A stretch of 58,485 bases of DNA, taken from assembly GCA_964389765.1 (NCBI GenBank), contig CAYMES010000002.1, forward strand, positions 1 through 58,485, read 5' to 3'. The notes beneath the pieces were generated by a model. That model was given only the letters and a program-made list of their open reading frames with translations, made no database searches and was not told the origin of the DNA. This stretch comes from Candidatus Woesearchaeota archaeon (GTDB taxonomy: Archaea; Nanobdellota; Nanobdellia; Pacearchaeales; GW2011-AR1). The position numbers and the translations under genes were made by a program. Each line of letters opens with the position of its first letter. Position 1 is the first letter of the stretch. Below are positions 1-7,187 of this stretch, one piece after another.

Positions 1-153
1 CCACTACTGATAGCAAATATGATATTGCATCAAGACCAACAGAATTAAGTTCTGGCGGATATGTTGACATAACAGATTAAAGTTAATTTTTTATTTTTAT
101 TTTTATATTGTTCTTAATAGCTTTTGATTCTCCCCAAAAAAAGATTATTTCAT

Positions 154-176
154 CTTCTTTCTTAGGAAGAAAGAAG
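154..176. other. Perfect 10-bp stem / 3-nt loop hairpin at the outer edge of the cassette array
   Basis: cttctttctt-agg-aagaaagaag read directly. On the minus strand a T-run follows about 11 nt later, so it may terminate array transcription. Confidence 0.3.
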
Positions 177-186
177 CAAAGAAGGA

Positions 187-470
187 CGCGCACACCTCAA
201 ATTTAATGGGATGGCTAAAGGCCCACCTAAACTAAGAGAGATTTTAGAAATATCATAAAGGAGAATTAGAAACTCAAGCCACATTGCATTCTCGCCTACG
301 GCTCGGGTCGTTGAACAAGGCTTAAAGAGTTCGCTCGTTGCACTTAACTCTCCCAAATTAATTTCTCATCCAGCTCGTAAACTCGCGGGAGAAATTAACT
401 TTCCTTATCCCCAATGTTCAACTCAATAAAATTCTAATTGTTAGAAACGAGCGGGGGAGCCCCACCTCAC
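187..470 (-). repeat. Inter-cassette structured element E0 (attC-like, composite)
   Basis: GC-rich non-coding block sharing ordered motifs with E2-E4: gttgaacaRSgMttaaagag, GTTGCAC at 337-343, ctcccaaatt, a perfect 10-bp stem ttaatttctc/gagaaattaa, and aatgttcaactcaat. Its right end GAGCGGGGGAGCCCCAC (449-465) is the inverted partner of 1354-1371. Confidence 0.6.
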
Positions 471-485
471 GCTTCGCGTGAAAAG

Positions 486-1283
486 TCAAAGAATTCTAAA
501 CATCGGAAAATGAGCCCCTTCTTCAGTAGCTATAGCCTTTCTATGTTGTTCAATTCCATTACGTACACCTTGTTCAGCTCTTTGGTTTTTTCCTTCAACT
601 TCGGCAAGTCTTTTTTCCAAAGTTCTCATCTTAATCATTGCGTAAGGAATTTGAGTTGCTTCATAAATTTGTCTTTCTGGAATTCCTAAATAAGGTGTTT
701 CAAAACTCAAACTTAATTTATTTGTTCCAGGCAGAGATAATTTTGCAACTTCTTCTTCAATTCTATATGCAAAATCTGTTGCTTCTGTTGGTGTGTAATC
801 TACTTTTTTTGTTTGTGGAAATGTCCCTTCTCTATTATAACATCTTAAAGCAACTTCCCCATTTTCCTCATCTGTTAAAATATGTTCATCAAAATAATAA
901 CTTTTTCCCAACTCTCCAATCAATAAGGCTAATAAAAATGGATTAGATTCCATATCCTCATTTGTTAATCTGTTTGAAGGTCTGACAGCTCCCATATCTC
1001 TAAATGTTTTCCAACGAACTCTCGTGTAAATCCATTTTTCATCAAAACTAAATCTTTTATCTTTTTGTAAGGTTTCAAGAACACCTTCTAATTGTCCTCT
1101 ATCAAAAACCAAGAATTCTGTGCAATTATGCAAGTGATCTTCTCTTTGAAAACTTTCTCTTGCATATCCACTTTTTTCCAGACCATCATATAGGTCAGGC
1201 ATTGTAGCAATCTCAACAGAAGCAGTTCCATATCTACGAGTATTTGCCCAAATACTATCTAATTCTTGAATTCTTTGACTCAT
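486..1283 (-). CDS. Hypothetical protein (cassette ORF 1)
   Basis: 265-aa ORF with non-repetitive sequence, visibly higher G+C than the host background, and no motif I recognise. It is flanked by a 17-18 nt inverted repeat. Confidence 0.6.
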   Translation of the reverse strand: MSQRIQELDSIWANTRRYGTASVEIATMPDLYDGLEKSGYARESFQREDHLHNCTEFLVFDRGQLEGVLETLQKDKRFSFDEKWIYTRVRWKTFRDMGAVRPSNRLTNEDMESNPFLLALLIGELGKSYYFDEHILTDEENGEVALRCYNREGTFPQTKKVDYTPTEATDFAYRIEEEVAKLSLPGTNKLSLSFETPYLGIPERQIYEATQIPYAMIKMRTLEKRLAEVEGKNQRAEQGVRNGIEQHRKAIATEEGAHFPMFRIL

Positions 1284-1353
1284 ATAATTCTGTTATTTTA
1301 AACACTTTAAAAATCTTTCTATATATTACTACTAAATAATAACTATTAAAATA

Positions 1354-1474
1354 GTGGGGGCTCTCCCGCTCTAAAAAATAGTGCCTTCGGCATTATCTCT
1401 AATTAACAATTAAAATTTTACTCTTCGCCAGCCCTACACTTCGTTTCGGGACACATAACAAGGCTTAGTTTTAA
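1354..1474 (-). repeat. Inter-cassette structured element E1 (attC-like, short)
   Basis: GTGGGGGCTCTCCCGCTC at the left end, a tgcc-ttc-ggca hairpin (1382-1392), and ggcttagttttaat abutting the stop of the next ORF. Confidence 0.45.
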
Positions 1475-1789
1475 TTATTTTTTAGGTGCTAATTCTCTAA
1501 ATCCTTCTAAATTTCTAAAGAATGTATAGCGAACATGGTTAAATTCGGTTCGAGTTTCAAAAACACTTGCAAGAATCATGTTCCCATATGATAGATAATT
1601 GATTCTATCATCTGTTATCTGTGTAGAATTATATGCCAATTCACCTGATTTTATCTCAAATTCTGATTCTTTCACATTATATCTTTTTTGAATGAAAGCC
1701 CTTGTTTCAAGAAAAAAATCCTCAATAGTTTTTGAAACTCTGTGTTGTTCGCCAGTATTTACTATGAGGGGGTTTGGAATTAGATTCAT
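1475..1789 (-). CDS. Hypothetical protein (cassette ORF 2)
   Basis: 104-aa ORF between two structured elements. No recognisable motif. Confidence 0.45.
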   Translation of the reverse strand: MNLIPNPLIVNTGEQHRVSKTIEDFFLETRAFIQKRYNVKESEFEIKSGELAYNSTQITDDRINYLSYGNMILASVFETRTEFNHVRYTFFRNLEGFRELAPKK

Positions 1790-1841
1790 AATAGGATGAA
1801 AATTTCTCTAGTTTAAATAGTTGAATGTATTCACTTAAAAA

Positions 1842-2077
1842 ATAACTCTAAATTTTCCCTTCTGGGACGTTGCACTAAAATTCAATCCCTAACGGGAGAA
1901 TATAACAAGGATTTAGAGGAAAATTCCTGCTGAATTTTCCGAAATTTTTTCTTTCAGAAAAAACTCTCGAGCGTTCCGCAATTTTTCCAGCTCTGACTTC
2001 GTCGAGGGAAAAATTTCTTCACCTCAAGCCCTTCAGGTTGCTTAATCGCGATGTTAGTTTCAATCAGAGTTGGTGCC
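1842..2077 (-). repeat. Inter-cassette structured element E2 (attC-like)
   Basis: Contains GTTGCAC (1869-1875) in a ggga..tccc hairpin, a 9-bp stem aatttttcc/ggaaaaatt around AGCTC..TTCG, and gatgttagtttcaat. Its terminal cagagttggtgcc touches the stop codon at 2078. Confidence 0.6.
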
Positions 2078-2713
2078 TCAAAGTTCCAGCAGTTGTCTTA
2101 ACCCATACAAAGAATGAATTGTAAGAGAGGGATTTATATCAGGGAATTCATGTTCCCCTCTTACTAAAAGAACATCATACACTTGTGCATTTTTTGCAGT
2201 CGCCACATCTTCATCCGCATTTCCTACATAAATAGCTTTGCTTCTGTCCACTCCTAATATTTCTAAACATGATTCTAATCCATGCGGATGTGGTTTTGGT
2301 TTTATTCCATTTGAAGTTTGGGCAAGAATTACACTATCAAAATCTCCTTCGCCCAACATTCCAATTTCAAGAGACGCAATATGCATTGGTGCACCTGTAA
2401 CTATTCCTGTTTTATAGCTATTTTGTCTTAGTTCTTTTACAAAATCCACATCATCATACAATTTTGTGAATTGTCTTCTTAGTTCTGTTGTATCATGTTT
2501 TCTATATGTTTCCCAAAATTGTTTAGGATCTAAGCCAAAATGTTCTTGTATAATTGCATCTCTTCTAGCTTCAAACCAAAACCTATCAATATTACGATTA
2601 GAAGATGTGGCTCCTAAATCCTTTAATGTTTGCCCTAATATTTGATACCTATATTCAGGAGTAGTATGCACAAGTGTTCCATCCAAATCAAAGACAACTG
2701 CTTCATATATCAT
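2078..2713 (-). CDS. HAD-superfamily phosphatase (phosphoglycolate phosphatase-like), cassette ORF 3
   Basis: N-terminal VVFDLDGTLVHT (DxDGT motif I) and C-terminal YVGNADEDVATAK (motif IV), 211 aa. Confidence 0.8.
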   Translation of the reverse strand: MIYEAVVFDLDGTLVHTTPEYRYQILGQTLKDLGATSSNRNIDRFWFEARRDAIIQEHFGLDPKQFWETYRKHDTTELRRQFTKLYDDVDFVKELRQNSYKTGIVTGAPMHIASLEIGMLGEGDFDSVILAQTSNGIKPKPHPHGLESCLEILGVDRSKAIYVGNADEDVATAKNAQVYDVLLVRGEHEFPDINPSLTIHSLYGLRQLLEL

Positions 2714-2750
2714 AATAAAATAGAATTAATAGGACTTATAAAAAGATATC

Positions 2751-2964
2751 GGCACCAACTCTGACTTTGGATTTCCCTTTAGGGATTGTTGCACTAAAAA
2801 TCAATCCCTGCAAGTATTCGGGAGAGTTGAACAGCGATTAAAGAGCTCCGAAACCTTGCAGGTTTCTCCACCCAAATTTTTTCTTCAGCTCTGTTCCGCT
2901 TCGCTACACGAGGAGAACTCAACTTCTGTTAATGCAGATGTTAAACAGCATTTGAGTTGGGGCC
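2751..2964 (-). repeat. Inter-cassette structured element E3 (attC-like)
   Basis: Starts ggcaccaactctg, the perfect inverted copy of 2065-2077. GTTGCAC (2788-2794) sits in the loop of the agggattg/caatccct stem. It also carries the gttgaacagcgattaaagag block and ends gatgttaaacagcatttgagttggggcc. Confidence 0.65.
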
Positions 2965-2965
2965 T

Positions 2966-3585
2966 TTAGGCAGTTTTTCTCTGCAATTCCCTAACTGATA
3001 ATTTAGAAAGAACTTCTTCTAATCTTACTTCTTCAACATTTCTTAAATTATCCGAATTTCTTGAAAAATAATTTACAGGACAAACTGTATCTAAGTTTAG
3101 TTGAGGAACTAATGGCTCTAAAAACTCATAAAGATGTGGGTCGCTCCGATCAATAGCATATGCTACGGGAACATTTACATCTAATCCAAATCTTGTGCGA
3201 AGAGAACTCCTCTCCTAGCACCACTTCGATTTCCTCCTCTCTCGATTATTCGGTAAAGAACTTGTTGATCAATATCTTGTTCTGATAAATCTAATCTCGG
3301 AAATCCAAAATCTCTAGAGTTCTGAAACTGCTCCCATGTAAATGTTTTTTCTGCATCTGCCGTTCTTTGATTTTCATTTTCCATCCAATGACCATAATAA
3401 ACAGAAGGCCATCTCATCTCAGCATAAACTGCTTTAGATTCAATGAAATCTTTTAATTCTCTTGGAAAATGGAACTCTCCTATATCTGTGACAATATGGG
3501 CTTGTCTCAATGATCTATCATATTGTGCTATGAAAGTATCCACTTTATGATTTAAGTCATATTTTTGAAATTTTGAATTTACCAT
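2966..3585 (-). pseudogene. Hypothetical protein, apparently frameshifted (cassette ORF 4)
   Basis: The 134-aa ORF 3181-3585 stops at 3181. A second start-less frame is open from 3214 to 2966 (83 codons, protein-like, ..PVAYAIDRSDPHLYEFLEPLVPQLNLD..) and ends 1 nt from element E3, as in the other cassettes. Confidence 0.5.
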
Positions 3586-3641
3586 TGTTTATTCTTTAAA
3601 CTAGTTATTCTACTAAACTTTAAAAACTTATTGATTTCATA

Positions 3642-3797
3642 GACCTTAACTCAAACGCTTTGGATTTTCTACAAAAATTCTCGGGGAAGTTGCACTTCGC
3701 TCTCCCAAATTTTTTTCTCAGCTCTCACTCGCTACGTTCGTGGAGGAGAAAAAAACTTCCCTTAAGCCCGATGTTAGTTGCAATTTGAGATTTGGGC
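3642..3797 (-). repeat. Inter-cassette structured element E4 (attC-like)
   Basis: gaccttaactcaaacgc left end. 45 nt (3653-3697) are nearly identical to 5048-5092 and include GTTGCAC (3689-3695). It has a 10-bp stem tttttttctc/gagaaaaaaa and ends gatgttagttgcaatttgagatttgggc. Confidence 0.65.
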
Positions 3798-3853
3798 TAA
3801 AAGATAGTCAAAATCTTTGATTTTGAAAAAAATAATAAAAAAGAGGTTGGTAT

Positions 3854-4207
3854 CTAAAAATTAAGTGGTTCTTGAACACCTGATTCTCGTATCTTGTCAG
3901 TCAATTCTTTTCTGACACCTGAATCTTTAATTCTTCTTGCTTTTGTAAGACCAACAGATTGTTCAGTACCTGAAGCATGTAATGGCTCTAATAGTTCAAC
4001 CACATTAACAGTTCTGACTCTTGAACCAAAAGATGTATCATATTCATTTGTTTGAACAAGCACGTTCATACCTTTATATTGCATTACATCCTCTCTTAAA
4101 GTTACAATATGATTATCTCTTAAGGGTCCTTTTGTACAGCTCGCATGTAGATATTCCATTTTATTTACCTCCGTATATTTATTTCTAACAAAACCAAAGA
4201 TATACAA
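3854..4207 (-). CDS. Hypothetical protein (cassette ORF 5)
   Basis: 117-aa ORF between E4 and E5. No recognisable motif. Confidence 0.45.
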   Translation of the reverse strand: MYIFGFVRNKYTEVNKMEYLHASCTKGPLRDNHIVTLREDVMQYKGMNVLVQTNEYDTSFGSRVRTVNVVELLEPLHASGTEQSVGLTKARRIKDSGVRKELTDKIRESGVQEPLNF

Positions 4208-4208
4208 G

Positions 4209-4361
4209 TATTTAAATCTTTCGGTTTTTTACTACTATTAAGTTAATAAAAATAACTCCAGAATTCTGAACTAAAAATCCTTCGGATTTTGTTATGCTGC
4301 GATCTCCTCGTTTCACTCATAGGAGTGTATAATAAATGTTATGCTTAATCTAGATTTAGGC
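4209..4361 (-). repeat. Inter-cassette structured element E5 (attC-like, short)
   Basis: Perfect 7-bp hairpin aaaatcc-ttc-ggatttt (4274-4290). It ends aatgttatgcttaatctagatttaggc directly against the stop codon at 4362. Confidence 0.5.
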
Positions 4362-5000
4362 TCATTTGTATGGAATTATTAAAGAATCATTCATTCCATC
4401 AGATTTCCAAGATTGCGCAAAAACCTTTTTTGAAATCTTTTGATATGCTTTGTTTTTTGGATAAATATTGTGAAGATAAAAGTTCTTATCATCAAATCCA
4501 ACTACCACCACATAGTGTGGCCAAAGTTTATCTACATTACATGGGACAGCAATATTGAGATATAATAATACTGGCTTTTTTTGTCTAATATAATTTTCTA
4601 TATCTTTTAATGTTGGATTTTTTCTTATGAATTTATATCCAGAAAATTTTTCGCATTTCTTCTTGAATTTTTTTTCATATTTTTTTGCTCCAAATTTTCT
4701 TAGAAATTCTTTAAATCTTTTTGAATATTCTTTTTGTTCATAAGAAAAAGTATCATATTTATTTATGTAATCCACCTTAAATCCTTTTGATAGACAAAAA
4801 AAGACCAAACCTTCTGGAGAAGTTCCTCCTGAATTTTCTGCCTTCCCTTTTCTTTTTGGTGTATCTGCCCTGCCAACAATTTCTTCAACAGAACTTCTGT
4901 CTTTATAATATCTCAATATTGAAGCTAATGCTATTGGGCCACACCAACCATTACCCTTCCACTTTTTCAAATTTCTTACAAATGGAACCTTTATCTTCAT
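4362..5000 (-). CDS. Papain-fold cysteine peptidase, C39-like (cassette ORF 6)
   Basis: NGWCGPIALASILRYY (catalytic Cys context) and WPHYVVVVGFDDKNFYLHN (His context), typical of the Peptidase_C39_2 type. 212 aa. Confidence 0.55.
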   Translation of the reverse strand: MKIKVPFVRNLKKWKGNGWCGPIALASILRYYKDRSSVEEIVGRADTPKRKGKAENSGGTSPEGLVFFCLSKGFKVDYINKYDTFSYEQKEYSKRFKEFLRKFGAKKYEKKFKKKCEKFSGYKFIRKNPTLKDIENYIRQKKPVLLYLNIAVPCNVDKLWPHYVVVVGFDDKNFYLHNIYPKNKAYQKISKKVFAQSWKSDGMNDSLIIPYK

Positions 5001-5037
5001 TATGAATAAAAAAGAGGTTTTGTTTTATAATATTATC

Positions 5038-5150
5038 GTCTAAATCTAAACGCTTTGGATTCTCTACAAAAATTCTCGGGGAAGTTGCACTTTTCTCCTT
5101 CTAGTCTTAAGGATATTTAACAGGAGTTAATTTCAATTTAGAACAAGTCC
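5038..5150 (-). repeat. Inter-cassette structured element E6 (attC-like)
   Basis: gtctaaatctaaacgc left end (inverted partner of 4345-4361), 45 nt shared with E4 through GTTGCAC (5084-5090), then a different right half ending gttaatttcaatttagaacaagtcc. Confidence 0.55.
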
Positions 5151-5193
5151 TATCTTGTAGAATAGAACTTTGCCCAAAAGAAAAATACTGTAC

Positions 5194-5490
5194 TTATTGT
5201 TTTCCGAAGCTTAATTCTCTAGTTTGTTCTGTATATGCTTTTCCAGCTTTGTAATTATTTCCAATTCTTGATCTTCCATTCTTATCTTGATTTGGAAAGA
5301 AATGAGGATTATAAAATGGACTAACATGCTCATTGTCATAAAGAACACTTCCATCTTTTGTAAGAATAGATATGATTGCAACAGGTAATCCAAGAAATGG
5401 AAATCCTATTGTACTTTTAATAATTTTTCTTCCCTGAAAAATATCCCTCTCTTGTATCTCTTCAGGAACTCTTTCTAAATGAGTTACCAC
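5194..5490 (-). CDS. Hypothetical protein (cassette ORF 7, GTG start)
   Basis: 98-aa ORF with only a GTG start available. It is flanked by the direct repeat TTAGAACAAG (about 5137 and about 5497). Confidence 0.35.
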   Translation of the reverse strand: MVTHLERVPEEIQERDIFQGRKIIKSTIGFPFLGLPVAIISILTKDGSVLYDNEHVSPFYNPHFFPNQDKNGRSRIGNNYKAGKAYTEQTRELSFGKQ

Positions 5491-6017
5491 TAAATTAGAA
5501 CAAGGTGTTACCTTCTTTAATTTTACTCTGATTGATTTTTGTTAATTCATTTGATTAACATAAGTAATACTCACAAATTTTCCAAGATATTCTGGAAGTC
5601 TTTCCATTGCTTCAATTCTTTCAGCTTGATTCATCATTTTAATTACTTATAAGCCAAATATAAACTAATTTCTACAAATCTTTTTATTTATTACCACTTT
5701 AAAGTTACTTTCTTTAGAAAGATTTAAATATAGGAAAAAGATATTTTTTGTTATGTATATAGATAATTCTGCACAAGAAGATTATGAAAAAGCTCAAGTT
5801 TTTAGAATAAATGTAGCTTTAACTAGTTCAGCAGATGTAAGAGAAAATTGGTTAAAAGCAGCTACTAATTTAAAGCAAGCAGCTGATATAAATCAAAAAA
5901 CTAAATAGGAAAAGCAGAAGCTTAAAGAAGCTCTGCTTAAAGCAAGAGCAATTTTAAGTTATTTAAATTAGATAAATATTTCAAAAACTTTATAATCTAG
6001 CTTCTTATTTTATTTTT

Positions 6018-6563
6018 ATGGTTTTATATTTTATAACTGGAAATAAAAACAAATTTCAAGAAGTTAAAGAAGTTATTCCAGAAATTAAACAGTTTGATAT
6101 TGACTTGCCTGAAATTCAAGATAATGATGCTAAAAAGATTATTAAAGAAAAATTATTACAAGCATTAAGTCATAAAAAAGGAGAATTTATTGTAGAAGAT
6201 ACTTCTTTATATTTAGGTTGTCTTAATGGTTTGCCAGGACCATTAATTAAGTGGTTTTTGAAGAAAATTGGAAATAAAGGAATTTATAATATTGTTAAAA
6301 AGCTAGGAAATGACAAAGCACAAGCTAAAACCATTATAGGATATGCAAAAAATTCTAAAGAAGTATATTATTTTCAAGGAATTGTTAAAGGTAAGATTGT
6401 AGAGCCAAGAGCAAAATCAGATTTTGGATGGGATCCTATTTTTGAGCCAGAAGGATATTTTAAGAGTTTTGATGAAATGACAAAACAAGAAAAAAACAAA
6501 ATTAGTATGAGAAGAATTGCTTTGAATAAGTTAAAAGGGTTTATTGAGAAAGTCAAGGAATAA
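6018..6563 (+). CDS. Non-canonical purine NTP pyrophosphatase (ITPase, HAM1/RdgB family)
   Basis: FITGNKNKFQE, VEDTSL, GLPGPLIKWF, FGWDPIFEP and EKNKISMRRIA motifs. Confidence 0.85.
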   Translation: MVLYFITGNKNKFQEVKEVIPEIKQFDIDLPEIQDNDAKKIIKEKLLQALSHKKGEFIVEDTSLYLGCLNGLPGPLIKWFLKKIGNKGIYNIVKKLGNDKAQAKTIIGYAKNSKEVYYFQGIVKGKIVEPRAKSDFGWDPIFEPEGYFKSFDEMTKQEKNKISMRRIALNKLKGFIEKVKE

Positions 6564-6579
6564 TATCTTAATTTAGTTT

Positions 6580-7131
6580 TTAATTTCTGTCAGTTATCTC
6601 TAACCAATCATAATCTTGTTTTTTAGAAAATATTTCTGAAGGAAAAGGTTTTTTTGGAGATTGAATAATATAAGCTGCTCCTTTGCTATCTAAGTCTTTT
6701 CTATTATGTATTGGTAAGATTCTCGATTCAAGAATATTAAGATGAGTTAGTGAAGCAGTTAATGAAACTAGACCAGAATTTTTATGACATGCAATTTCTA
6801 AACCAAGATTTTCAAAAATATCTAATATATCTTGAGAAAGACAAGAACCTTTTCTTAGTTCTTCTGTATAATTAAAATAAAAATCTCTTTTACCTATTTC
6901 TCCACTATTTTCAAAAACTTCTTTTAATGCATTTGTTGTTTTATTATAAGAAATTTTTATTTTTTCTGGTAATTTTCTAAGATAATCTAAACATAGATTT
7001 CCAATACTCCAGTTTACGCCTTGAATAATTCCCATTCTTTGAGCAATATCTATTATATCAGGAAAAGGAGGAGAAGTAATAATAGATGCATAGTCTTTCA
7101 TATCTTGAGAACTAAATGATATATCTTCCAT
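6580..7131 (-). CDS. Hypothetical protein
   Basis: 183-aa ORF with host-like composition. Confidence 0.5.
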   Translation of the reverse strand: MEDISFSSQDMKDYASIITSPPFPDIIDIAQRMGIIQGVNWSIGNLCLDYLRKLPEKIKISYNKTTNALKEVFENSGEIGKRDFYFNYTEELRKGSCLSQDILDIFENLGLEIACHKNSGLVSLTASLTHLNILESRILPIHNRKDLDSKGAAYIIQSPKKPFPSEIFSKKQDYDWLEITDRN

Positions 7132-7187
7132 TTAATATTTAATAAATTTTAGTTTAAATATTTTTATATTCTCTAGAATATTTGAGA

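Noticed and set aside
3-80. Open plus-strand frame ending TAA at 78-80 (..SRPTELSSGGYVDITD*), possibly the 3' end of a gene running off the left edge
   Set aside because: Only 25 codons are visible, which is too short to support a call. If real, it would mark the outer boundary of the cassette array.
162-356. 64-aa minus-strand ORF from the ORF track
   Set aside because: It lies entirely inside the structured repeat element E0 and the hairpin at 154-176. Its sequence is dictated by repeat blocks shared with other non-coding elements, so it is most likely not a gene.
438-946. Plus-strand ORFs 438-689 and 638-946
   Set aside because: They are antisense shadows of the 265-aa cassette ORF, with low-complexity Leu/Phe-rich translations.
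4370-5005. Plus-strand ORFs 4370-4558 and 4787-5005
   Set aside because: They are antisense to the C39-like peptidase gene, which has recognisable catalytic motifs.
5752-5970. Small plus-strand ORF (51 aa, MYIDNSAQEDYEKAQ...) followed after a TAG by 20 more sense-looking codons
   Set aside because: It is too short and has no recognisable family. It has a plausible BRE/TATA (about 5712) upstream, but I cannot support it as a gene or as readthrough.
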